Source of the DNA: an uncultured cyanobacterium
GTDB lineage: Bacteria; Cyanobacteriota; Cyanobacteriia; PCC-9006; JAAUQQ01
Direction of reading: 5' to 3'
Assembly: GCA_963718615.1 (NCBI GenBank)
Contig: OY970368.1
Coordinates: 2,496,001 to 2,560,000 of the forward strand
DNA: 64,000 bases
Shown here: positions 10,475-20,262 of the stretch, piece after piece
Layout of the letters: each line of letters opens with the position of its first letter
Numbering within the stretch: position 1 is the stretch's first letter
Notes under the pieces: model-generated
What the model saw: only the letters and a program-made list of their open reading frames with translations
Database searches by the model: none
Told to the model about the DNA's origin: nothing
Translations under genes and position numbers: made by a program

Positions 10475-10924
10475 ATGAGAATTCGAACGGCTACGATCGC
10501 AGACATTCCAGCACTCTGCCCATTATTAGAAAGTTTGTTTACTCAAGAAGTTGAGTTTCAACCGAATCGTACCCAGCAACTTCAAGGGTTAACAGCCATT
10601 TTAGAAAATTCTCAAATCGGCGATATTCTAGTCGCAGAAACCGAGAGTCAAGTCATTGGCATGGTGAACTTGCTGTACACCGTTTCGACCGCCCTCGGCA
10701 GTCGGGTTGCCCTGCTCGAAGATTTGATCGTTGCGCCCGAATCACGCGGTCAGGGTGTGGGCTCGAAATTAATTGAACAGGCGATCGCCCTCGCCAAAAC
10801 TAAAGATTGTCGACGCATTACATTACTCACGGATATCGACAACCTAGCAGCCCATCGATTCTACCATCGCCATGGCTTTCACTCGTCTTCAATGATTGTT
10901 TTTCGCCACTCGATTGATCTGTGA
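10475..10924 (+). CDS. GNAT-family N-acetyltransferase
   Basis: RGQGVGSKL acetyl-CoA motif A, NLAAHRFY. Confidence 0.9.
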   Translation: MRIRTATIADIPALCPLLESLFTQEVEFQPNRTQQLQGLTAILENSQIGDILVAETESQVIGMVNLLYTVSTALGSRVALLEDLIVAPESRGQGVGSKLIEQAIALAKTKDCRRITLLTDIDNLAAHRFYHRHGFHSSSMIVFRHSIDL

Positions 10925-11121
10925 CACATACAGGATTAGGCAGGTCGGTAATTCCTTTCTCCATATTTACCCGAAACCCTACGATCGCAACCTGTGGATC
11001 TCAGTAGCAAATCCTACTACATCCTGCGGCAGATTGCGACTCGGCGACTCGCTTAGCACACTGCCGCTTTTTTAACTGCCTTGTTAACGCGTTGATTGAC
11101 CGCGTTGACCGCTGTTAAAAA

Positions 11122-11775
11122 TTAAAATTCAATTCCCGGCTGTGCTTTCACGCCCTGTTCACGAAAGGGATGCTTGACCAAGGTCATCTCCGTAACCAAG
11201 TCAGCCTGTTCAATCAACGCCGCAGGCGCACCTCGTCCCGTAAGAATCACATGACAATCCTCAGGTTTTTCCTGTAACCCAGCTAACACTTGCTCCACCG
11301 TGAGATAACCCAGCTTGAGCGCAATATTGACCTCATCCAGCAACACCAAGCGAAACGTCGGTTCCCGGATATAGTCCAAGGCCATCGCCCAAGCTTCCTG
11401 GGCTTTTTGAGTGTCGCGATCGCGATCTTGCGTCTCCCAGGTAAAACCTTCGCCCATGGCCCGAAAAATGAGCTGCTCGCCTTCCCAAAGCTGAAAAGCA
11501 GCCTTCTCTGCTGGCTCCCAAGCGCCTTTAATAAACTGAACAATCGCTACCCGATAACCGTGACCGAGCGATCGCAAAACCATACCCAGGGCTGCCGTGG
11601 TTTTACCTTTACCATTGCCCGTGTTAACAATAATCAGTCCCTTTTCCTGACTGCGCTCTGCCAAGCGTTTTGCTTGCACGGCCTTGCGTTGCTGCATTTT
11701 TTTTTGATACTGCTCATCACTCAGTAGAGGAGCGGCATCGGACAAAGATTGTGCGGCTTGATCAAGGGAAGACAT
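11122..11775 (-). CDS. cobO: Cob(I)yrinic acid a,c-diamide adenosyltransferase
   Basis: TGNGKGKTTAALG, VQFIKG, LLDEVN, ILTGR, KHPF..G..AQPGIEF; start at MSSLDQ. Confidence 0.95.
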   Translation of the reverse strand: MSSLDQAAQSLSDAAPLLSDEQYQKKMQQRKAVQAKRLAERSQEKGLIIVNTGNGKGKTTAALGMVLRSLGHGYRVAIVQFIKGAWEPAEKAAFQLWEGEQLIFRAMGEGFTWETQDRDRDTQKAQEAWAMALDYIREPTFRLVLLDEVNIALKLGYLTVEQVLAGLQEKPEDCHVILTGRGAPAALIEQADLVTEMTLVKHPFREQGVKAQPGIEF

Positions 11776-11884
11776 AGAAATTAATGAAATCAATAAAACG
11801 CCAAAATCTATTGTAGAAGACCAACGAATGGGAAACTTTCGAGATACCTTAATCCTACGGACCTTCACTCATTGCTGTTGTGCC

Positions 11885-12664
11885 ATGCTTCCTAACGCTT
11901 CTCCCACAGATCAAGCTACAGATCAGGCTATAAGCCAGGCTACAAATAAAACTAAAACGATAAACAAAGCTTCACCCGTTCCCCATCAGCTCCGGCTCTA
12001 TCTTGACACGGCTGAAACTGATTTGTGGGAAGCCTGGCTCGCCACGGGGCTTTTCTATGGAGTAACGACCAATCCGCTGCTACTGGAGCGGGCACAGTTA
12101 CCTTGTACGTTAGATCAACTCACTCGACTTGCAAAGCAGGCATTCGACTTAGGCATGCAGGAAGTTCAGCTACAAACCTGGGGAGGAACTGTGGATGCTT
12201 GGGTCAAGCGAGGAGAACAAATTGCCGCCATTGACCCTCGCATTGTGGTGAAAGTACCTGTGACCCAAAGCGGAACGATCGCGGCCTTACGCCTCATTCA
12301 TCAGGGTATTCCGGTAACGCTAACAGGCATCTATGAGGTTCATCAAGTTCTCATTGGGGCATCCCTGGGCGCAGCCTATGTTGCTCCTTACCTCGGTCGA
12401 ATTAATGATTTTGGTCGAAATGGTCGTGAGGTTTTAGCCACAATGCAGCAGGTTTTACAAGGACTGGGTAGCACAACTCGAATTTTGGCAGCCAGTATTC
12501 GAGACATCGGCGATTTATCCTATTTAGCTAGTCAAGGACTGGATACGTTTACCTTTTCTGCCAAAATTGCATCTCAGTTTTTTGATGTTCCAGCAACAAA
12601 ATTAGCGACTGCGGATTTTGAACGGGCTGCTAAATCTAGCCAATCCATGAGTAATGCCAAATAA
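11885..12664 (+). CDS. Transaldolase/fructose-6-phosphate aldolase family protein
   Basis: LYLDTA, GVTTNP, VVKVP Schiff-base Lys, YVAPYLGR, LAASIR. Confidence 0.85.
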   Translation: MLPNASPTDQATDQAISQATNKTKTINKASPVPHQLRLYLDTAETDLWEAWLATGLFYGVTTNPLLLERAQLPCTLDQLTRLAKQAFDLGMQEVQLQTWGGTVDAWVKRGEQIAAIDPRIVVKVPVTQSGTIAALRLIHQGIPVTLTGIYEVHQVLIGASLGAAYVAPYLGRINDFGRNGREVLATMQQVLQGLGSTTRILAASIRDIGDLSYLASQGLDTFTFSAKIASQFFDVPATKLATADFERAAKSSQSMSNAK

Positions 12665-12706
12665 TTAATGATGATAAAATACCTCTAGAAATATATTTGT
12701 AGGAAT

Positions 12707-12737
12707 TTGTAGGAATATAAGGATCATATTCCTACAA
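12707..12737. terminator. Hairpin between convergent genes
   Basis: TGTAGGAATAT-N7-ATATTCCTACA inverted repeat. Confidence 0.5.
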
Positions 12738-12784
12738 GCATTAAAGCATCAACCCAGATTTAGAAATGCGGTATTGCAGTATCG

Positions 12785-13273
12785 TTACAGCGCATCTTTA
12801 ATATCTTCACCCGTCCGTTGGATAGATTTTTTCAGATCCCGAGCTACATCCTGAGCACTGTCTAGGGCATCTGCAGCTTGACGCTTTCCTCCTTTCAGAA
12901 CGTCTTCACCCTTGTTTTGAGCTTTATCTAAGGCATTTTCAGCCTTGTCAGACATTCTTCCAACCGCCTTATCCACACGAGCCGTATCGCTGTGAGCCCG
13001 AGATTGAATCACTGCACCGGGACTATCATAACGAGGGTCGTCGTTAAAGTTATTCATGCCCCCAACCTTAGGTTGTACCGTATCATACAAATTGGTTTCT
13101 CCAGCCGCTTTTGAAGTCGGGGAAGAAGCCATAGATGAAGGCGTTGTTGAACCGCAGGCAGTAGTGAATAATAAAATACCACTCGCCAGGAAGATACAAA
13201 AAGTCTGACGCAAACCCCGAACCAAAGCTTGAGAATGACCGATGGCTTTACCTAACGATAGAAAGAAGTTCAT
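12785..13273 (-). CDS. Putative lipoprotein with LEA-like charged C-terminus
   Basis: Lipobox-like LLFTTA-C; A/D/K-rich amphipathic repeats in tail. Confidence 0.65.
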   Translation of the reverse strand: MNFFLSLGKAIGHSQALVRGLRQTFCIFLASGILLFTTACGSTTPSSMASSPTSKAAGETNLYDTVQPKVGGMNNFNDDPRYDSPGAVIQSRAHSDTARVDKAVGRMSDKAENALDKAQNKGEDVLKGGKRQAADALDSAQDVARDLKKSIQRTGEDIKDAL

Positions 13274-13411
13274 AAACGACTCCAAAACAATTTCACTCTC
13301 CCTAGTTAAGCGTTATCTTGCAGACGCGTCCCCTAACTAAAGAAGGATCTCAAAGCATTGGTATTCCCTTAGCGTAAAAGCTGAAGTCATCTTTGAGGGA
13401 ACAATCAAGCC

Positions 13412-14281
13412 ATGCAAGCAACTGAGTTCAGACCCACTCCGGATGAAATTCCTGGCCAAAAACTGCCTTATCCAGCCAGTCAAGCGGATATGGTGCCACA
13501 GCCCGACAGCGATCTGTCAAACTACAAACCGGCCCATAAGTTGGAAGGAAAAGTTGCCATTATTACAGGCGGCGACTCTGGTATCGGGCGAGCGGTGGCG
13601 ATCGCCTACGCTCTAGAGGGAGCCAAAGTGGCAATTCTTTATAATGAAAACGACGAAGATGCTGCTGTCACCAAAGCTGAAGTTGAGCAACGCGGCAGCC
13701 AATGTTTACCCATTCGGATGGATGTGCGGGATCCGGCTGCTTGCAAAGCAGCCGTGCAGCAAACCCAAGAAACCTTTGGTCATTTGAATATTCTAGTTAA
13801 CAATGCGGCTTATCAAATGACCCAAAAGAAATTTGAAGACATTCCAGAAGAACAGTTTCGTAGAACCCTAGAAACAAACATCTTCGGCTATTTTTATATG
13901 GCTCAGGCGGTATTACCTCATCTTCAAGCGGGGGATGTCATTGTCAATACAGGGAGCATTGTTGGCAAAATTGGTAAAGGGTTTTTGGTCGACTATGCAA
14001 CTAGTAAAGGAGCCGTGCATGCCTTTACAAAGTCCCTTGCCCAAAGTCTAGCTGAGCGAAAGATTCGGGTTAACGCTGTTGTACCTGGTCCCGTGTGGAC
14101 GCCCAATATCCCAGCAACAATGCCGATTGAAATGGTAGATAATTACGATCGCGACAACGCTATGGAACGAGCGGGTCAACCCGAAGAACTAGCCCCCGCT
14201 TACGTTTTTCTAGCGGCAGAAGATAGCAGCTTTGTGACAGGAGCCTTGCTTGACGTCACGGGAGGACAGCTATCAAGCTAA
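13412..14281 (+). CDS. SDR oxidoreductase, YghA/YdaD general-stress type
   Basis: TGGDSGIGRA, LVNNAA, YATSK catalytic motif, PGPVWTP, GQPEELAPAY. Confidence 0.9.
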   Translation: MQATEFRPTPDEIPGQKLPYPASQADMVPQPDSDLSNYKPAHKLEGKVAIITGGDSGIGRAVAIAYALEGAKVAILYNENDEDAAVTKAEVEQRGSQCLPIRMDVRDPAACKAAVQQTQETFGHLNILVNNAAYQMTQKKFEDIPEEQFRRTLETNIFGYFYMAQAVLPHLQAGDVIVNTGSIVGKIGKGFLVDYATSKGAVHAFTKSLAQSLAERKIRVNAVVPGPVWTPNIPATMPIEMVDNYDRDNAMERAGQPEELAPAYVFLAAEDSSFVTGALLDVTGGQLSS

Positions 14282-14358
14282 TCTCAATCCAAGTTCGTCA
14301 CAGAAGGTGCAAGCTACAATGGGGAAGAGACAACCTTTTGACTAACGGTCGCTTCCGT

Positions 14359-17300
14359 ATGCCTCGTATTGTTTTGATTGCTGGCTTTGAATCATTTAAC
14401 GCGGATCTCTATCGCAAAGCCGCACTACAGGCCGAGGCTGGCTGGCCTCAGGAGGAAGGGACGGGGTTGGCTATACAGGTTTTTAGCGATCGCGACCTCA
14501 TTACCCATCCCCACATTATCGAGACCGCATTAGCCCAAGCGGATGTCTTTTTCGCCAGCCTTTTATTTGATTACGATCAAGTGATCTGGCTACGCGAACG
14601 GGTTCAGTCTATCCCCATTCGGCTAATTTTTGAGTCCGCATTGGAGCTAATGTCATTGACACGGCTGGGCAAGTTTATTATTGGCGAAAAGCCCAAAGGC
14701 ATGCCCAAGCCGATTCAGTTTATCCTGAGTAAGTTTGGTAGTGGCAATGAAGAGGATAAGCTAGCGGGCTATTTGAGCTTTTTGAAAGTAGGACCTAAAT
14801 TGCTGAAGTATATTCCAGCAAAAAAGGTTCAGGATTTACGCAATTGGTTGATTATTTACGGCTACTGGAATGCCGGTGGTGCTGATAACGTTGCTGCGAT
14901 GTTTTGGTATATCGCCCAGCAATATTTTGAGTATGACCAACCCGATTCTACAGGAATAAACCCTCGTTTTCCTCGACAAAAACAGAATAACCGATTTGCC
15001 ATTCCAGATCCTGTTGAAACCCCAAATTTAGGGTTATTCCATCCAGACCATGAGGGATATTTTGAAACGCCACGGGCCTATTTAGATTGGTGGCGATCGC
15101 GAAATCTTTCTAGGAATCGCCTAACGCTAGACTGCCCGGTAGTGGGAATCTTGCTCTATCGAAAACACGTCATTACAAAACAGCCTTATATTCCCAAACT
15201 CATTCGTCAGTTTGAAGCAGCGGGATTGATACCACTCCCTATCTTTATTAATGGGGTAGAAGGTCATGTAGCGGTCCGAGACTGGATGACCACAGCCTAT
15301 GAACAGGCTCAACGTAGTCTCGGAAATATCGAAACCAAGTCCCTATCTCAGGATGCAGCGCAGGTGGATGCCATTATTTCAACCATCGGGTTTCCCCTGG
15401 TTGGAGGACCTGCAGGCTCGATGGAAGCAGGACGACAAGTTGCCGTAGCTACAAAAATTTTGCAAAGCAAAAATGTACCCTACTTAATTGCCGCACCTCT
15501 GTTAATTCAAGATATTCATTCTTGGACAAGAACAGGAATCGGTGGATTGCAAAGCGTTGTTCTGTATTCGTTGCCAGAGCTAGATGGAGCAATCGATACG
15601 ATTCCCCTAGGGGGATTAGTTGGGGATGATATTTATTTAATTCCTGAGCGAGTTCAGCGGCTAATTGGCCGCGTTAAAAGTTGGATTGCGCTGCGGCGAA
15701 AACAAGCCACCGATCGTAAAATTGCTATTGTCCTTTACGGATTTCCACCGGGCTACGGTGCAACCGGAACAGCGGCCTTACTCAATGTACCGAAATCACT
15801 CATTCGGTTTTTACAAGCTTTGCAAGACCAGGGCTATGAAATCGGAAAAATTCCTGAGGATGGAGAGGAATTAATTCGACAGATTCAAGCCGCAAATGAC
15901 GAAAATGCCTGGGCCTTGGCGATCGCCCAAAAAGCCATCCCCTCTAACATCCCAGCCAACACCCCGACTAACACCGCAATTCCCAATTCCGTCAATGTCA
16001 AGCAATTGGAACGTTGGCTGGGATATTTACAAACTTCCCGCATTGAAAAGCAGTGGCAATCGCTTACCGAAACTGGAATTAAAACCTACGGAGATCAGTT
16101 CCATGTGGGCGGAATTCAACTGGGGAATATTTGGATTGGTGTTCAGCCTCCCCTAGGCATTTCCGGGGATCCGATGCGGCTCATGTTTGAGCGAGACCTC
16201 ACCCCCCACCCCCAGTACGCCGCCTATTATCAATGGCTTCAGCATGAATTTGCCGCTGATGCCATCGTCCACTTTGGGATGCATGGCACCGTCGAATGGC
16301 TGCCTGGTTCTCCCCTAGGAAATACAGGCTATTCTTGGCCAGATCTCCTGTTGGGAAACCTGCCTAATCTCTATATTTATGCTGCCAATAATCCCTCAGA
16401 GTCAATCCTTGCAAAACGGCGCGGCTACGGCGTTTTAATTTCCCATAATGTCCCTCCCTACGGTCGTGCAGGCTTGTATAAAGAGCTAGTCAGCTTGCGG
16501 GAACTGATTGCAGAATATCGAGAGAATCCCGCCGCAAACTCCCTCTTAATTGAAGCGATCGCCAAAAAAATCGCCGATACCGGCCTCGCCGCTGATTGCC
16601 CCTTCAAAGATGCTCAAAAGCTAGGGATTGAATTGACCAGCGAGAACCTTAAGCTTTTTAGTCCACCGGTTATTCAAGCCTATTTAGGCGAGCTCTATGA
16701 ATATTTGCAAATCCTAGAAAGCCGTTTATTTTCGTCGGGTTTACATGTCCTCGGCCAACCCCCTACCCCTGAAGAACTACAGTCCTATTTGAATGCCTAT
16801 TTCCAAGATGAGCTGCCAGATTGGGCGATTGCCTCTATCCTCCAAGGTGCAACTATCGATCAGCTTTTGCAGGAATATTTTCAACGCTGGACTGACGACA
16901 ATCCAGGCAAGATTCCTCGTTTAGATCCGAGCTTTCGCGATCGCCTCGAAACCGCCATTCCTCTCTGTTGCCAGCTAGCCGATCTGCTTCGCCAAAATAG
17001 TGATGAATTAACGAACCTGCTCCGGGGATTGAATGGCGAATACATTCCTCCGGCACCGGGGGGAGATCTGCTGCGGGATGGTCCTGGTGTACTGCCCACA
17101 GGACGTAATATTCATGCCTTAGATCCCTATCGAATGCCAAGTCCAGGGGCTTTTGAACGCGGACGGGCGATCGCCCAACGCATTATTGCCCAACATTTGC
17201 AGGATCATCAAACCTATCCCGAAACGGTAGCGGTGATGCTTTGGGGGCTGGATGCGATCAAAACGAAAGGAGAATCACTGGGTATTTTATTAGAACTTGT

Positions 17301-18345
17301 AGGCGCAGAACCGATTAAAGAAGGAACCGGTCGAATTGTACGTTACGAGCTCAAACCCCTTGAGGGTTTAGATCATCCTCGCATCGACGTTTTAGCGAAT
17401 CTTTCGGGCATTTTTCGCGATAGTTTTGTCAATATTATTGAACTATTAGATGATCTCTTTCGCCGCGCTGGCGAAGCGGACGAGTCTGTGGAAAAGAACT
17501 TTATTCGCAAGCATTATCTTGAGTTACAAGCCCAAGGCATTGAGAATGCTTCGGCTCGACTCTTCTCCAATCCCTCAGGAGATTTTGGTTCCCTGGTGAA
17601 CGACCGGATCACCGATGGTAATTGGGAAAGTGGCGAAGAACTAGGTCAAACCTGGGAAGGGCGTAATAGCTTTAGCTATGGTCGCAGTGACAAGGGTCAA
17701 GCCCGTCCTGAAATCCTTAAAACCCTATTGCAGAGTACCGATCGCATCGTTCAACAGATCGATTCCGTTGAGTATGGCTTAACCGACATCCAAGAATATT
17801 ACGCCAATACGGGCGGCCTCAAAAAAGCTGCCGAAATTCAACAATCAATCATCCAGCAATCAACACCCCAAAACTCTAGTACTGGAACCAATAATCGCTC
17901 ACCCCGTTCAATCAAGGTCCAAACCAGCTTTATTGAAAGCTTCTCCAAAGATATCACCCCGCGTAGCCTTGAAGAACTGCTCCGACTAGAATATCGTACA
18001 AAGTTGCTCAATCCCAAATGGGCCGAAGCCATGGCCAATCAAGGTTCCGGTGGGGCCTATGAAATTTCCCAACGGATGACAGCGCTGATGGGCTGGGCGG
18101 GTACAGCAGATTTTAAGGAAAATTGGATCTATGACCAGGCCGCAGAGACCTACGCCTTGGACACTAAGATGGCAAAGCAACTGCAAATTGCTAATCCAGA
18201 AGCATTTCGAAATATTGTAGGACGAATGCTGGAGGCCCATGGGCGAGGATTTTGGCAAGTGGATGGGGAACGGTTGGAACGGTTGCGATCGCTTTACGAC
18301 CAAACCGACGCAGCTTTAGAAGGTGTAAAAGACCCCATAGGATAG
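14359..18345 (+). CDS. bchH: Magnesium chelatase subunit H (BchH-like paralogue)
   Basis: TIGFPLVGGPAG, LPELDGAI, HFGMHGTVEWLPG, AANNPSES, LPTGRNIH, LLNPKW motifs; N-terminus RIVLIAGFESFN. Confidence 0.88.
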   Translation: MPRIVLIAGFESFNADLYRKAALQAEAGWPQEEGTGLAIQVFSDRDLITHPHIIETALAQADVFFASLLFDYDQVIWLRERVQSIPIRLIFESALELMSLTRLGKFIIGEKPKGMPKPIQFILSKFGSGNEEDKLAGYLSFLKVGPKLLKYIPAKKVQDLRNWLIIYGYWNAGGADNVAAMFWYIAQQYFEYDQPDSTGINPRFPRQKQNNRFAIPDPVETPNLGLFHPDHEGYFETPRAYLDWWRSRNLSRNRLTLDCPVVGILLYRKHVITKQPYIPKLIRQFEAAGLIPLPIFINGVEGHVAVRDWMTTAYEQAQRSLGNIETKSLSQDAAQVDAIISTIGFPLVGGPAGSMEAGRQVAVATKILQSKNVPYLIAAPLLIQDIHSWTRTGIGGLQSVVLYSLPELDGAIDTIPLGGLVGDDIYLIPERVQRLIGRVKSWIALRRKQATDRKIAIVLYGFPPGYGATGTAALLNVPKSLIRFLQALQDQGYEIGKIPEDGEELIRQIQAANDENAWALAIAQKAIPSNIPANTPTNTAIPNSVNVKQLERWLGYLQTSRIEKQWQSLTETGIKTYGDQFHVGGIQLGNIWIGVQPPLGISGDPMRLMFERDLTPHPQYAAYYQWLQHEFAADAIVHFGMHGTVEWLPGSPLGNTGYSWPDLLLGNLPNLYIYAANNPSESILAKRRGYGVLISHNVPPYGRAGLYKELVSLRELIAEYRENPAANSLLIEAIAKKIADTGLAADCPFKDAQKLGIELTSENLKLFSPPVIQAYLGELYEYLQILESRLFSSGLHVLGQPPTPEELQSYLNAYFQDELPDWAIASILQGATIDQLLQEYFQRWTDDNPGKIPRLDPSFRDRLETAIPLCCQLADLLRQNSDELTNLLRGLNGEYIPPAPGGDLLRDGPGVLPTGRNIHALDPYRMPSPGAFERGRAIAQRIIAQHLQDHQTYPETVAVMLWGLDAIKTKGESLGILLELVGAEPIKEGTGRIVRYELKPLEGLDHPRIDVLANLSGIFRDSFVNIIELLDDLFRRAGEADESVEKNFIRKHYLELQAQGIENASARLFSNPSGDFGSLVNDRITDGNWESGEELGQTWEGRNSFSYGRSDKGQARPEILKTLLQSTDRIVQQIDSVEYGLTDIQEYYANTGGLKKAAEIQQSIIQQSTPQNSSTGTNNRSPRSIKVQTSFIESFSKDITPRSLEELLRLEYRTKLLNPKWAEAMANQGSGGAYEISQRMTALMGWAGTADFKENWIYDQAAETYALDTKMAKQLQIANPEAFRNIVGRMLEAHGRGFWQVDGERLERLRSLYDQTDAALEGVKDPIG

Positions 18346-18384
18346 CTCGTGTAGGATAGCTCGTGGAAGAGCTCGACGGGTCCA

Positions 18385-18413
18385 GAAAAGCCTGATGGTT
18401 TCCCACCAGGCCT
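18385..18413 (-). terminator. Intrinsic terminator after porin gene
   Basis: Minus strand AGGCCTGGTGG-GAAA-CCATCAGGC-TTTT. Confidence 0.6.
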
Positions 18414-18445
18414 AACGAGTCAACTCAGCATCACCCTGACCACTT

Positions 18446-19939
18446 TTAGAACCGCAGTGTCGTTTTCACACTACCGGCCCAAACATTTTCATTGCTGCTG
18501 TTGCCATTGGGATTGGCAATGTAGACGAGCTGCGGTTGAATGGCTAACCCATCATTCACCTTGACGCTATAGAATGCCTGAGCCGCTAAGGGAGCCTTTT
18601 CAGAAGCCACATCCCCCCCAGAGATATAGGGAACGGCACCGACCCCAACCCCGCCATAGTTACCCTGACCAAACAGGTCGTTGACCCCAACTTGAGCCGC
18701 CCAGTTGACAACAGTTGCCTGATCACTGCTAGCTCCGTCATTCAGAAACGAAACGCCACCATGGGCCGATAGATCGACTTTGCCGAGCTTTTGAGAGGCC
18801 GATAGACCGACATGATTGCCACTGGTATCCCCAGTTCCAAAGGGGTCCGCAGCACCCGTGGTACCCGCAACAACGCCCTGCTCATGGGTTTTCGCATAGG
18901 CCACCGACAGCGCAGTCTTTTCGCCAGGTTTGTAGGTCACCTGGGCCGATGCCGTGTTGGTGCCATCTAATAGACCGCGACTGGTGCTGGCCGCCGAGTC
19001 CGTTGGCAAAGTATAGGCCGCAGCGAGCTCTAGTTTTTCGCCCAGATTGAGCTTATAGCCAATGCCTGCGCCTTCAGCCGCTTCGGCGATCGCCGGGTTA
19101 GCCTGGAACTGTTCAATAAAGGCATAATCACCCGAAGGAGCGGTTGCCGTGCTGGCAATATCGTCAAGGCTCAGGCCATGGGTTCCCACAGTCAGTTGTC
19201 CCGGTCCAACTTGGCGCTGGTAATACAACTCGTCTAGTTTAACCGAGCTGTCGCCCTCGTTATCATAGGGCGTATTCAAACCATCAAACGACGTGCCGCC
19301 TTCAAAGCGTCCACTGTAGCCTTCAAAATTTGTAGCTTCAACCCTAGCATGCAGCAGGTCATTGCCGGTCAAATTACTATCTAAATTGAGTCGTAACCGA
19401 GCCGCTGCCGTGAGCGTATCTTTGGCTTCGGTGCCTGCACCATTGGCTTCCCCAGAGAAGACACCGCCGACATCGGTAATCAATTCACCAGAAAGCTTTA
19501 CCCGAGAAAGATTGTTTTCCAGTTCTGCCGTCCGACCTTCCAAGCCATCAACGCGGGACCGGAGGGTTGCGAGCTCTGATTGAAACTCCTCTTGCAGACG
19601 CTGTAGCGTCGCTAAGTCTTCATTGCTCACGCTAGTTGAATTGTCTGCAATTCGGGCGTTGATCGACTCCATACAACCATTTAGAGCGGAGGCAAGTTCA
19701 TAGCGGGTCATGCCGCGATCGCCCCGAAAGGTTCCATCCGGATAACCGGAAAGACAGCCGTATTTCTCAACTAAATTCTTGACGGAAGTATAGGCCCAGT
19801 GGTCCGGGCTAATGTCTCGCAAATCGTTAACAGACTGAACAGGTTGTGCTGCAGCGGGACGAGCAAAGGCTGTCATTCCACCCAGAGAACCGAGGGCAAG
19901 GAGGGCAGCGAGGGCGATTTGAGTGGATGCGTTTTTCAT
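18446..19939 (-). CDS. SLH-domain outer-membrane porin (OprB/SomA type)
   Basis: Signal peptide, SLH motif (DISPDHWAY..LVEKYGCLSGYPDGTFRG..TRYE), coiled coil, beta-barrel ending in Phe. Confidence 0.92.
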   Translation of the reverse strand: MKNASTQIALAALLALGSLGGMTAFARPAAAQPVQSVNDLRDISPDHWAYTSVKNLVEKYGCLSGYPDGTFRGDRGMTRYELASALNGCMESINARIADNSTSVSNEDLATLQRLQEEFQSELATLRSRVDGLEGRTAELENNLSRVKLSGELITDVGGVFSGEANGAGTEAKDTLTAAARLRLNLDSNLTGNDLLHARVEATNFEGYSGRFEGGTSFDGLNTPYDNEGDSSVKLDELYYQRQVGPGQLTVGTHGLSLDDIASTATAPSGDYAFIEQFQANPAIAEAAEGAGIGYKLNLGEKLELAAAYTLPTDSAASTSRGLLDGTNTASAQVTYKPGEKTALSVAYAKTHEQGVVAGTTGAADPFGTGDTSGNHVGLSASQKLGKVDLSAHGGVSFLNDGASSDQATVVNWAAQVGVNDLFGQGNYGGVGVGAVPYISGGDVASEKAPLAAQAFYSVKVNDGLAIQPQLVYIANPNGNSSNENVWAGSVKTTLRF

Positions 19940-20262
19940 GAGCTGAATCTCTTTGGTTGAGGTGTTGAAGCAGGTGTGTTTGCTTTGTTGCACCTAATCT
20001 AATCCACCTAAATCGAGTTTCCAACACGACTATGCCACCTGAATTACCTCCCTAATCCAGGAACTTTTTGCCTTCTAGTCCTAAAGGACTATCTCAATAA
20101 ACCCAACAGGATAACCTAGTCCTTTAGCCCTAAAATCCCTAATGCTTTAAATCTTTCAAATCGCTATTTAAACTATCTCTAACCAGACCGGTTCGTTTAG
20201 TGGCTTGAAACAGTTTATGGCTCAATCTGACTCAAGACGTTTGTTCAACTTACTGATTCAGC

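Noticed and set aside
14359-18345. Cobaltochelatase CobN call because cobO is nearby
   Set aside because: Motifs such as GFPLVGGPA, AANNPSE and KLLNPKW fit Mg-chelatase H better
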